A stretch of DNA of 60,170 bases from an archaeon (GTDB lineage Archaea; Nanobdellota; Nanobdellia; Pacearchaeales; GW2011-AR1), in contig JBDRJD010000028.1 in assembly GCA_043815245.1 (NCBI GenBank), positions 1 to 60,170 on the forward strand, written 5' to 3'. A model generated the notes under the pieces. That model ran no database searches. It worked only from the letters and a program-made list of their open reading frames with translations, and was not told where the DNA came from. Made by a program: the position numbers and the translations under genes. The stretch's first letter is position 1; each line of letters opens with the position of its first letter. Shown here one piece after another: positions 18,958 to 27,805 of the stretch.

Positions 18958-20721
18958 TTATAGCGGGAGTTGGGTTATTGTAATATCTGTTTCATAGGTT
19001 CCTGGCTCTAGGTTTACTGGCGGCAAGATATGGAAGTAGGTGTCTAGGGTTTCATCTAAACTTGAACTATCGCAAGTCATCCTATCGCAAACATCTAGTC
19101 CGCCTGATGGGTAGAATTCTCTGACAAAGGCTGTTTCTGGAATTGTGATAGGGAAAAAGCCGGTTTCTGTAGACTCACCTTGAAGATTATCATCATCTAA
19201 TTCAAATTCTGGATTAGAAGTTATATCCCAACAAGTAGTATTACTTGGAGAGCAATCAGAGGGGGCTCCTAATCCAAAGTCAGTTGCTTCCCAAGTTAAA
19301 TTGAGTAATACGTTTCCTGAATTGTTTGCTACTGCTAAACAGCTACCTGGATTCCAAGAGCCTAGTTGGATATCGTTACCACCACAAGTGCTTGGATCAC
19401 CTAGGTCTACTGAAGATGAGTAGAAAATATCTGGGAGAGAACCGTATGTCCAATTAGCATTAAAAATTGTAGTGGAAGCGCCAGCCTGGCTACTTGCATT
19501 TACATGAATCTTGTAATCTCCTGGGGATCTGAAAAATTCTACTGAGTTTGCATTTCCCTGGGCAATATCAACAGTAAAATTACAAAATTCATTTGAGGCT
19601 GCTGAATATGATAAGGTAAAGGAATAGTTTGCATTTGTAGGAAGACAAGTTACTGAGCCTGCTGCATCTACTAAACATAGGTCTGCGCCAGCAGCGTGTG
19701 TTGGAAAGCCGCCACAGTCTCTATCAGAATCATTAAACCGATAGGTTATATGGATTGGGGCATAAGTTCCAGCTGCTGGGTTTACAAAGCAGTTTTGCAC
19801 AAAGCCGGTACAGGAAAGTTCATTTGCTGAAACATCTGAAAGATAGACGTCAACAAACTGGGGTAGGTGATCTACTAATTCGAATGTTGAGTCATTATTT
19901 GAAGAATTTATCATAAAGTTATCTGTTGTCCAGATTCTTGCGTATGCTGTTGTGCGGGCGTCTAATGCTCCGGGAGTTCCCCAAGGTATTGGATTGGTGA
20001 CAGTTGCTTGAGGTGAAGAGGCAGCAGGGTCTGCTAGATAGGAATTGTCAGTAAAAGCAGTTCCGACTTGAACGTGGTACGTAAGAGTGTCTGCTGGCCA
20101 GTGATCTTGGCTGCCATCATCTAAGTCTATTGCTGTCCAGTTAATATCTGGTGTTTGATCATGAGTTTCTAACGGTACAAAGCTATGAGGATTAGTAGGA
20201 ACCTGGTTTAGTAAAGTAAAATTATACTGGTTAATTGAAGAGTTTGAAGGAACTCTATCATCTTCTGCATAAAGATCTACGTAGAATAATTTTGAGCATA
20301 AACCAGAGATAAAGTTACAATCTGTGTCGTTTAAATAAATAGTATTAGAAACACCCGGGCCTGCTGGATCTGTTCCGTAGGTGTAACTTTGAGGTGAGTT
20401 TCTCGGAGAAGGGCCAATTGTATAATTTGCAATTGTACAAGCATTATTAGAGTAAGGATTTGGTGTTGTGCCAATACAGATAGTTGTTGTAATTTGGTCT
20501 GGGTTTGGGTCGCGCACTCTCCAACGTATTTCCGTTGTTAAATCATGCGTGGTAAGTACTGTGTCATCCCAGTGAGTGTTGCTATCTCTAACCTCATAAT
20601 CAGAAGTATAGGGCGGTTCGTTAGCAACTTGAAATCTTCCACGTGATGTTTGTTGTGATAAAACTAGATAAGAAAACATAATAATCAGTATAATGCTTGC
20701 AATAATCACCGTCCTTTTCAT
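18958..20721 (-). CDS. Secreted beta-rich protein with C-terminal WxL/fimbrial-like domain
   Basis: Signal peptide, no TM anchor. C-terminal ~190 aa are paralogous to 20766..22787 and end in PGTYETDITIT. TATA box 23 nt upstream. Confidence 0.6.
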   Translation of the reverse strand: MKRTVIIASIILIIMFSYLVLSQQTSRGRFQVANEPPYTSDYEVRDSNTHWDDTVLTTHDLTTEIRWRVRDPNPDQITTTICIGTTPNPYSNNACTIANYTIGPSPRNSPQSYTYGTDPAGPGVSNTIYLNDTDCNFISGLCSKLFYVDLYAEDDRVPSNSSINQYNFTLLNQVPTNPHSFVPLETHDQTPDINWTAIDLDDGSQDHWPADTLTYHVQVGTAFTDNSYLADPAASSPQATVTNPIPWGTPGALDARTTAYARIWTTDNFMINSSNNDSTFELVDHLPQFVDVYLSDVSANELSCTGFVQNCFVNPAAGTYAPIHITYRFNDSDRDCGGFPTHAAGADLCLVDAAGSVTCLPTNANYSFTLSYSAASNEFCNFTVDIAQGNANSVEFFRSPGDYKIHVNASSQAGASTTIFNANWTYGSLPDIFYSSSVDLGDPSTCGGNDIQLGSWNPGSCLAVANNSGNVLLNLTWEATDFGLGAPSDCSPSNTTCWDITSNPEFELDDDNLQGESTETGFFPITIPETAFVREFYPSGGLDVCDRMTCDSSSLDETLDTYFHILPPVNLEPGTYETDITITQLPL

Positions 20722-20765
20722 GTTATATGTTTGTAAATCTATTATTTAAATATTTCTATTATTGA

Positions 20766-22787
20766 TTATGAAGGAATAAGGATGTTAATTTGTACGGCAC
20801 CTTCATAAGTTCCCTCTGGGAGCTCTGGAATTTTCATATTGTAGTAAGTTTTAAAACGCTCTCCAATTGAGTTATTGCATTTATCTGATATGCAAGTTCT
20901 TAGATAGGGGTATGGGGAAAAATAAGCAACACTATAGTTTGTAAGATAGGCTGGGTAGACTCCTGTTTCTGTTGTTTCATTAAAGAAAGGATCATCATCA
21001 ACCTGGAAAACCGGATCTGGCCAGGAAATATCCCATCTTCCGGAACATAAGAGGGGGGAGACACACTGGAAGTTCTGGCCTTGCCAAGTGAGATTTACCC
21101 CTATATTTCCCTGGTTAACTAAATCAACGCCGCCCGTAGGGCGAGAAGTGACCCATTGATTTGCCACTAAGTTTCCAAAATCAATCAGGTCAGTATAATT
21201 AATTGCTGTGAGGGTATTGTATGTGAAGTTTGTTTGATTTGAAACTGTGCCTGCTAGCTCAACTCTTACAATCCAAGTTCCGGGTTTTCTAAAGAACTGC
21301 ATTGCATCTGTTCCTTGGTATTGATAGAAGCAGTTTCTATTTGAAATGCGGTATTGATATGTTAAAGGAACTAGATAAGTATAATTTGTTGAGTTGCAGA
21401 CTGTTTGCTGTTGAGTTGCGACAGTCCGAGTTAGCCTGCCTTGTGAAGAGAAGACGAGATAATCAACTTCTTCTGCTGCATGATTTCTTTCTGAGTCGCT
21501 ACACTGGTCTTCGTCTATTGCAAGGTTAATTACAGAGGTTATTGGAGAAGAGCCAAATAAATAAGCCCAGCCGCCATTGCCTCCATTCATTGCTACTTGA
21601 CTTGCAACTCCAACTGAGAATGTAGAGGATAAAGAGCAAGGATATGGGGGGGAGTTGTCTATTCCCCGGATAGTATTACCTGTGCGGCCAGCTTCATAAT
21701 CCAGATTACCGATTGTTCCTGTACCTTGCTCAAATACTATATAACCCATGGTTTCATTTTTTCTTACTCGATTTGGATCTTCAGCTACATGTTTTCCAGT
21801 GTAAAGATTAGATGTTGGCGGATCTGCTTGGTTTCCATTTGAGCACCAGAACGAGCTCCAGTTTGTATCATTGTAAGACATTACTTGTCCGATTACTCTT
21901 GGATTGGCATAACTTTGTGAAAATCCGGTATTAACCGGGGTCCAGTCGCCACTTCGGTCTGTTTGAGTGGAAGTGTAAGTGAAGGCTTCGAGTTTAGTGC
22001 CATCTTCTAAATTGTACGCTCCTTTTTCTATGATTAGACAGGTAACATCTGAAGAAGTTGGAGTGGTTAAATCGCAGGGATTTTGAATTTTCAAATCAAA
22101 ACTTGAGCTGGTGATATTTTTAATTCTTGTTACTGCTGGGGGGTCTGTTGTAGAGGGGATATTATAAGTACAGACAATTACAGGAGAAGAGTATGAACCA
22201 AGGAGAGGCACGGTCTGCCAGTTTCCTCCAACATTTGAAATTTTCCTGATTTCTCCAAAAGATAATACAGAAGAGCCTGTAACGGGCTCACAGAGATATG
22301 CAGATAGTTGATACCGTGTGCACTGCTGCGCAAAAAGAACTGAATTAATAGTAATATTGGAATTAGTTCCTGCAATGGGATTAACAATATAGTCTTGGGG
22401 ATTTTCTAAATCTGAGATGTATGTATTATAAATCTGCCATGATTCTGGGGGGGCGAGAACATCAAAAAAATCAAACTCCCAGTCATCAATTCGATAATCA
22501 AAAGTTGCAATGTAGTATTGGCCTTCAAAGTTAGAAGGAATGATATAATCAATAAGGGTAGGTCTTGTAGTGCAAGGATTTGAACAGTCTGTGTTAATTG
22601 TGTCTACAACCGTGGAGTTTTTCATCACATAAAGTATTGGGTAGAATCCGTAATTCCTGTTAGGGCGAATAACAATTCTTAAATCCTGTCCAGAGTAAAG
22701 TTCTGTTGGAGAGATAGTGGTTATTGCAGATACAGTTTCAATTAAGAAAATCATTATTATAAACAAAATAATACATCTCTTTAACAT
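20766..22787 (-). CDS. Secreted protein with H-type-lectin-like repeats and the same C-terminal domain
   Basis: SY.SPVIVCT...DPPAV.RI.NITSSSFDL; second repeat Y.NP.VIGQV; C-terminus EGTYEGAVQINI. Confidence 0.6.
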   Translation of the reverse strand: MLKRCIILFIIMIFLIETVSAITTISPTELYSGQDLRIVIRPNRNYGFYPILYVMKNSTVVDTINTDCSNPCTTRPTLIDYIIPSNFEGQYYIATFDYRIDDWEFDFFDVLAPPESWQIYNTYISDLENPQDYIVNPIAGTNSNITINSVLFAQQCTRYQLSAYLCEPVTGSSVLSFGEIRKISNVGGNWQTVPLLGSYSSPVIVCTYNIPSTTDPPAVTRIKNITSSSFDLKIQNPCDLTTPTSSDVTCLIIEKGAYNLEDGTKLEAFTYTSTQTDRSGDWTPVNTGFSQSYANPRVIGQVMSYNDTNWSSFWCSNGNQADPPTSNLYTGKHVAEDPNRVRKNETMGYIVFEQGTGTIGNLDYEAGRTGNTIRGIDNSPPYPCSLSSTFSVGVASQVAMNGGNGGWAYLFGSSPITSVINLAIDEDQCSDSERNHAAEEVDYLVFSSQGRLTRTVATQQQTVCNSTNYTYLVPLTYQYRISNRNCFYQYQGTDAMQFFRKPGTWIVRVELAGTVSNQTNFTYNTLTAINYTDLIDFGNLVANQWVTSRPTGGVDLVNQGNIGVNLTWQGQNFQCVSPLLCSGRWDISWPDPVFQVDDDPFFNETTETGVYPAYLTNYSVAYFSPYPYLRTCISDKCNNSIGERFKTYYNMKIPELPEGTYEGAVQINILIPS

Positions 22788-23218
22788 GGTTCTAGATCGT
22801 TATAGCTAGGAGAGTTGTCGTAGCAAAGCTGGCCTCCTTGCTGTAATCTTGGGATGATGTAAAATTCGGTAATTGGCTTGTTATATGCAACATAAACCGT
22901 TTTCTGTTCATAAGCTCCAATAACAGTTCTTGGGGGAGTGGGAATTTTTTCTGAAGTTCCGTCTTGATAGTTAAATAAAAAAAGTAAAAAATCCCCAATA
23001 GCAGGAGCCTTGTTATTTTTTACCTCCACTTGGAGGACATTATTAGTATAGCAGGCTGATAAAATTGTCACGTCTACATCTTGAAGGCAGGAAAATTTTT
23101 CTCCTTCTTCATATATATTGAAGTTCTTTATAATTAGAAGTAAGGCAAGAGATGCAGTGACTACAATTAGAATTAGTAGTACAATTATGACTAAGTTTGC
23201 GTTCCCTCTTTTTCTCAT
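22781..23218 (-). CDS. Pilin-like protein with class III signal peptide
   Basis: MRKRG/NANLVIIVLLILIVV; paired Cys (C..V.V.I..AC) and a terminal Cys pair. Confidence 0.55.
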   Translation of the reverse strand: MRKRGNANLVIIVLLILIVVTASLALLLIIKNFNIYEEGEKFSCLQDVDVTILSACYTNNVLQVEVKNNKAPAIGDFLLFLFNYQDGTSEKIPTPPRTVIGAYEQKTVYVAYNKPITEFYIIPRLQQGGQLCYDNSPSYNDLEPC

Positions 23219-23293
23219 TTTTCTTTAAAATATTAGAGAAACACACTTTAAATTACTTTTTCTTCTTTCGAGGATAATTTTATATTCAAAACA

Positions 23294-23322
23294 ACCTACG
23301 GTTTTTTTGGATTTTCCCTTAA
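23294..23322 (+). repeat. Third copy of the ACCTACGG...TTCCCTTAA motif
   Basis: ACCTACGGTTTTTTTGGATTTTCCCTTAA, lying between two TTTATAT boxes (23279, 23329). Confidence 0.55.
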
Positions 23323-23357
23323 GATAGCTTTATATAATTTAGTTGATAATGTTAGTT

Positions 23358-23774
23358 ATGGAAAAAGGTGTTCAGGGGGTAGTGTTTTTAGCAATTGCCG
23401 TGGGGTATTACTTATTCTGGAGTGTAGTATATAATAGTATTCATGGAAATTTTAAAGTCTTTTTGTGGGTAGTATGGCTGGTTTTAGTAATCTCTTTTAT
23501 ATTCTGGCTGGCAAATCATATGCTGTTAAAAAAGAAGTATACTGCGATGAAAAGTGAGCAGTTAGGACTTGAAGTACACAAGAGGCCATTTGCAGTATCT
23601 TTCTTGATTTACTTAGGATATGTACTTGGATTTCTTTCAATGGGGCTTGGAGTTTTTGCACTATCGCTTAAAACTGAGCAGAGTTTTGATGTGTTTTTAG
23701 TGACGATAATTATTGGGCTGGTAATCACCTCAATTGTTTTCTTCGTCGACAGAGAACCCAGACACCACTACTAA
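23358..23774 (+). CDS. Hypothetical 4-TM membrane protein
   Basis: Hydrophobic helices. Start moved to ATG 23358, 23 nt after TTTATA 23329-34. Confidence 0.6.
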   Translation: MEKGVQGVVFLAIAVGYYLFWSVVYNSIHGNFKVFLWVVWLVLVISFIFWLANHMLLKKKYTAMKSEQLGLEVHKRPFAVSFLIYLGYVLGFLSMGLGVFALSLKTEQSFDVFLVTIIIGLVITSIVFFVDREPRHHY

Positions 23775-23852
23775 GTTACTCTGCTCCTCTTAAACTATAT
23801 CTTTTATTATAGAAATGTTTAAATACTAAAGAGAATTATAGTTTATATCTTA

Positions 23853-23900
23853 ATACAATTATTGGTATCAATAATGGTTAAGACATACAATATATTGTAG
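23853..23900. promoter_or_regulatory. Tandem NrdR boxes
   Basis: ATACAATATATTGTAG (23885-900) matches the consensus acaCwAtATaTwGtgt at 13/16. A weaker ATACAATTATTGGTAT lies at 23853-68, exactly 32 bp upstream. Confidence 0.75.
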
Positions 23901-23904
23901 GTCA

Positions 23905-24035
23905 AGAAGTCCGTGAGTGTTTTTGGACTTCTGGATGCGAGAAAATTCCTTACAAATTGGGAATTTTCTGCACAGAAAATCTCACGATTTTCTTGTGCTC
24001 AGAAAAATCTGCCAATGTAACAGTTTTTCTGACAT
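23905..24035. repeat. Four-hairpin structured element, copy 2 (nrdR 5' region)
   Basis: Stems AGAAGTCC/GGACTTCT, AGAAAATTCC/GGAATTTTCT, GCACAGAAAATC/GATTTTC(T)TGTGC and TCAGAAAAA/TTTTTCTGA. Confidence 0.7.
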
Positions 24036-24036
24036 T

Positions 24037-24558
24037 ATGATGCTATGCCCTTACTGTGGGAAGAAAGAAACAAAAGTTACTGACAAAAGAGATGTTGAGG
24101 GAGTTGTAAGAAGAAGACGTGAATGTTTAAAGTGTAAGAGGAGATTTACAACTTATGAAAGATTTGAACTCAGTAAGTTTTATATTATAAAGAAAGATAA
24201 AAGAAGAGAGACGTATAACCGGGAGAAGTTGTTATCAGGCATGGTTAAGGCTTGTGAAAAAAGGCCTGTAAGCCATGATAAGATTGAGAAGGCTGTTAAT
24301 GAAATTGAAGAAAAGATAAGGAAGAAAAAAGAAGTAAAAAGTGAGATAATAGGTGAAATGGTTATGAATAAGCTAAAGAGGTTGGATAAGGTTGCTTATA
24401 TCCGATTTGCATCAGTTTATAAGGATTTTAAAGATATTGATGACTTTAGAAATGTCGTGAAGGACATTTCTAAGAGCTCTCAAAAATCTAAAGATTTTCG
24501 AAGTTTTGAAAATATGGTAAAAGAGGTCAACCTTTCAAAAAGGTTGCCAAAGAGATAG
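24037..24558 (+). CDS. nrdR: Transcriptional repressor NrdR with C-terminal hairpin-encoded extension
   Basis: CPYC...RRRRECLKC..RFTTYE, ATP cone, LDKVAYIRFASVY. The track's N-terminal extension from 23917 is the repeat element. Confidence 0.93.
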   Translation: MMLCPYCGKKETKVTDKRDVEGVVRRRRECLKCKRRFTTYERFELSKFYIIKKDKRRETYNREKLLSGMVKACEKRPVSHDKIEKAVNEIEEKIRKKKEVKSEIIGEMVMNKLKRLDKVAYIRFASVYKDFKDIDDFRNVVKDISKSSQKSKDFRSFENMVKEVNLSKRLPKR

Positions 24559-24561
24559 AAG

Positions 24562-26907
24562 ATGGTTGAAAGCAGGACAGATAAGGTCATGGAAAAGATT
24601 GAGATTGATGATTTTAGTTTGAAAGATAGAAGCAAGTTGAATTTTTGGCTTTCAATGGTTGAGAAGTACGATTTTGACAAAGTTATTTCTATTTGTTTAA
24701 GGGCTGGAACTACTCCTGAAATTGCAGAGAGAATTGCTAGGGAGATTGATTCTAATTTAGAAGAAGAAGATAAACATGTTGTTCCAATGTCAGAAGTAAG
24801 GCGGTTAATCTTTGCTTTACTATACAAGTATGATTGGGCTGCTGCAAAGAGATTTAGGACAGATGATGTTTTTATTAGAACTAGTTCTGAGAAATTTGAG
24901 GTTTTTGACAGAGCTAAAATCTCTAGAAGCTTGATTAAGGAAACTGAGATTGCTGAAGAGCAGGCAGATGGAATTGCTATGGAAGTTGAGAAGTTTGTAA
25001 AAAACTTGAACCTTACTTATATCTCTTCACCTTTAATAAGGGAGACTGTTAATGTAAAACTACTGGAGTATGGTTTAGAAGATGCTAGGAAAAGGTACAC
25101 GAGAGTAGGTATGCCAATTTATGATGTGGGTGAGATGATTTCTAAAGGGATGGCTACAGATATTAAAAGAGAAAATGCTAATTTACAGCATACTCCAGAG
25201 ACAATTAACTGGATTATATCAGGGGAGACACTAGAACAATATGCGATGATGAAGTTGTTTCCGCAGAACTTAATTGACTCACACCTTTCTGGAGATTATC
25301 ATATCCATATCTTGTCAAATGCAGCTACGCGTCCAAATTGTATTCAACATGTTCCTGCTTTGTTTTTTAAGGATGGATTAAAGGCAGATGGAACTGGAAT
25401 GCACACTTCAATTGCCGGGCCTGCAAAGCATTTATCTGTGGCTATTCAGCATTGTGCTAAGATTCTTTTAGCTTCGCAAACGCAAATGGCGGGGGGGCAG
25501 TCAATTGATTGTTTTAATGTATGGCTTGCTCCTTTTGTAAGGGGGCTAAGTGATGAGGCAGTAAGGCAGGCTGCGCAGGAGTTTATTTATGAGTTAAACC
25601 AGAGTTATGTTGCAAGAGGGGGGCAGGTAGTTTTCAGCAATATTTGTTGGGAGTTTGGAATTCCTGAGTTCTTAAAGAATGTTCCGGCTGTAGGGCCAAA
25701 TGGAAAAATCATGGGGGTTTATGGAGATTATGAAGAAGAAAGTTTGAGGCTGTTAAGAGAGTATACTAAGATGAAGATTAAGGGAGATCATGTGGGAAAG
25801 CAGCATATGTGGCCTAATGATGTTTACAAGATAAGGAAGGAGACTTTTAACAAATATCCTGAAGAAGTAAGATTAGTTCATGAGTTTATGGCTAAGTATG
25901 GAACCCCTTATATTGGGAACGGTATGCCTGAGTGGCAAACTGAGAACTTTAATTACATGGGATGCAGAACTAGACTAGATTCTGCTTATGCAGGGCCGTG
26001 GGGGAGTTTGAGGACAGGAAATGATATTTACATCACTTTGAATCTTCCGAGGCTGGCTTATGAAGCAAAGGGCAATGATACTAAGTTTATGGATCTATTA
26101 GATAGGAGATTAAAGAAGATGGAAGAAATCCTTCTGATAAAGCACAATATTACAGATGATTTGTTGCACAGACAAAACTTGCTAAAGTTTCTAACTCAGA
26201 AATTTGATGGGGAAGAATACTATCAGTTTATGAATACTACTAAATCTTTTGGCTATGCGGGGCTTACAGAGTCAGTTAAATATCATACTGGAAGTCACCT
26301 TCATGAAAGTGAAGATGCTGTGAATTTTGGTGTTAAAGTGATTAAGAGGATGAGAGAGTATGCAAATGACTGCACAAAAGAGCATAAACTAAGATTTTCT
26401 GTAATTGCATCTCCTGCAGAGACTTGTGCTGCGAGACTTGCGAGAATTGATATTGGCAAGTTTGGAAGGTCTGTTATTTTCGCGGGAACTAAAGAAGCGC
26501 CATATTATACAAATAGTCATATGGCCAGGATGGATGCAAATATTCCTTTAGGACATAAGCTGAATATTGAACAAAACTTTCACCCGCTTTCAAATGGAGG
26601 GCATATCACTCATATCTGGCTTGGGGAACAGTCCCCTTCTGTGGACAGTTTAACTGAGATGACTAAAAAAATTTGTAAAAAAGATATTGGGTTTTTTGCT
26701 TATACAAAGGATTATAGTGTCTGCAATGATTGTGCTAGCTTTCAATATGGATTAAAGACCACTTGTAATAATTGTTCTTCAAGTAATTTGAGTAGGTATA
26801 GTAGGATTACAGGATATTACCAGAGAGTGGAAGGGTGGAATGCAAGCAAGAAGCAGGAATTAAAAGATAGATTTAGATATACTTCTGGTAATTGTGCTTG
26901 TGATTAG
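24562..26907 (+). CDS. nrdD: Anaerobic (class III) ribonucleoside-triphosphate reductase
   Basis: ATP cone(s), AGGQS.D.FN, YMGCRT thiyl loop, TLNLPR, YYTNS, CxxC...CxxC, glycyl-radical YSRITGYY. Confidence 0.95.
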   Translation: MVESRTDKVMEKIEIDDFSLKDRSKLNFWLSMVEKYDFDKVISICLRAGTTPEIAERIAREIDSNLEEEDKHVVPMSEVRRLIFALLYKYDWAAAKRFRTDDVFIRTSSEKFEVFDRAKISRSLIKETEIAEEQADGIAMEVEKFVKNLNLTYISSPLIRETVNVKLLEYGLEDARKRYTRVGMPIYDVGEMISKGMATDIKRENANLQHTPETINWIISGETLEQYAMMKLFPQNLIDSHLSGDYHIHILSNAATRPNCIQHVPALFFKDGLKADGTGMHTSIAGPAKHLSVAIQHCAKILLASQTQMAGGQSIDCFNVWLAPFVRGLSDEAVRQAAQEFIYELNQSYVARGGQVVFSNICWEFGIPEFLKNVPAVGPNGKIMGVYGDYEEESLRLLREYTKMKIKGDHVGKQHMWPNDVYKIRKETFNKYPEEVRLVHEFMAKYGTPYIGNGMPEWQTENFNYMGCRTRLDSAYAGPWGSLRTGNDIYITLNLPRLAYEAKGNDTKFMDLLDRRLKKMEEILLIKHNITDDLLHRQNLLKFLTQKFDGEEYYQFMNTTKSFGYAGLTESVKYHTGSHLHESEDAVNFGVKVIKRMREYANDCTKEHKLRFSVIASPAETCAARLARIDIGKFGRSVIFAGTKEAPYYTNSHMARMDANIPLGHKLNIEQNFHPLSNGGHITHIWLGEQSPSVDSLTEMTKKICKKDIGFFAYTKDYSVCNDCASFQYGLKTTCNNCSSSNLSRYSRITGYYQRVEGWNASKKQELKDRFRYTSGNCACD

Positions 26908-27048
26908 TGGGGATAATTTTAAGTATGTAAAAAGATAAATTTTTATTAGAAAGATGGACACCAATATCTTAAGTAATGTTCTTGAAGTATACAAAAAAAG
27001 CAGTTTAAACCTTAATAACCGGAGGAGGTACTATAATCTGATCCAAAC

Positions 27049-27756
27049 ATGGCAGTAAAAGATAATATAAAGGGATTTGTTCCTACGTCGCTAGTTGACT
27101 GGGATGGAAAGGTTTCTGCAGTTATTTTTCTTCCAGGATGTAATTTTAGGTGCAGTTTTTGCAGTAATCCGGATTTAGTTGTAAATACAGATAATATTAA
27201 GACAATTCCCTTTCAGGAAGTTAAAAAAGTTTTAGAAAATAATAATGAATTTATTGATGGGGTGGTAATTACCGGGGGAGAGCCTACAATTTTTTCTGAT
27301 TTTCCAGATTTTTGCCAGAAAATTAAAGAAATGGGGTTTAAAGTGAAGATTGACACAAATGGGACTAATCCCGAGATGTTAAAAGAGTTATTAGATAAAG
27401 AAGTTGTGGATTTTGCTGCAATGGATGTTAAGACTGACTTCGACAAGTATAAAGAAGTTGTAAATGCTGAAGTGGATCTTGAGAAGATAAAAAATTCAAT
27501 AGAATTAATTAAGCAGTTTCCAGAGTATGAATTTAGGATCACTATGTTTCCTAAAATAAGTAAAGAAGATTTAATTAAAGCTGCAGATTATTTAAAAGAA
27601 AAAGGCGCTAAGACTCTGATAATTCAACAGTTTAGAAATGATACTTGCTTGGATAAAGCAGCTGAGGATGTTAAACCTTATTCTGAGGAGCAGTTGAAGG
27701 AAATGAAAGCTGCTGTTGAAACTGGGTTTGAGAAGTGTGTATTGAGAAATGCTTAA
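27049..27756 (+). CDS. nrdG: Class III RNR activating radical SAM enzyme
   Basis: S.VDW.GKV..VIF.PGCNFRCSFC.N, ITGGEP, DTNG, AMDVK. Confidence 0.9.
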   Translation: MAVKDNIKGFVPTSLVDWDGKVSAVIFLPGCNFRCSFCSNPDLVVNTDNIKTIPFQEVKKVLENNNEFIDGVVITGGEPTIFSDFPDFCQKIKEMGFKVKIDTNGTNPEMLKELLDKEVVDFAAMDVKTDFDKYKEVVNAEVDLEKIKNSIELIKQFPEYEFRITMFPKISKEDLIKAADYLKEKGAKTLIIQQFRNDTCLDKAAEDVKPYSEEQLKEMKAAVETGFEKCVLRNA

Positions 27757-27791
27757 ACATTTCTCAGAAAGCATAAAATATATTAATTTTA
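27743..27791. repeat. Two-hairpin element between the convergent nrdG and radical SAM genes (possible terminator)
   Basis: TGAGAAATG-CTTAAA-CATTTCTCA spans the nrdG stop, then linker GAAAGCA, then TAAAAT/ATTTTA. Confidence 0.5.
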
Positions 27792-27805
27792 CAGTCTATA
27801 AATCA

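Noticed and set aside
23917-24036. N-terminal extension of nrdR in the track
   Set aside because: It translates the four-hairpin element. NrdR begins at M(M)LCPYC (24037/24040).
26958-26975. Possible NrdR box upstream of nrdG
   Set aside because: Only the core AATAT.TT matches and there is no partner box.
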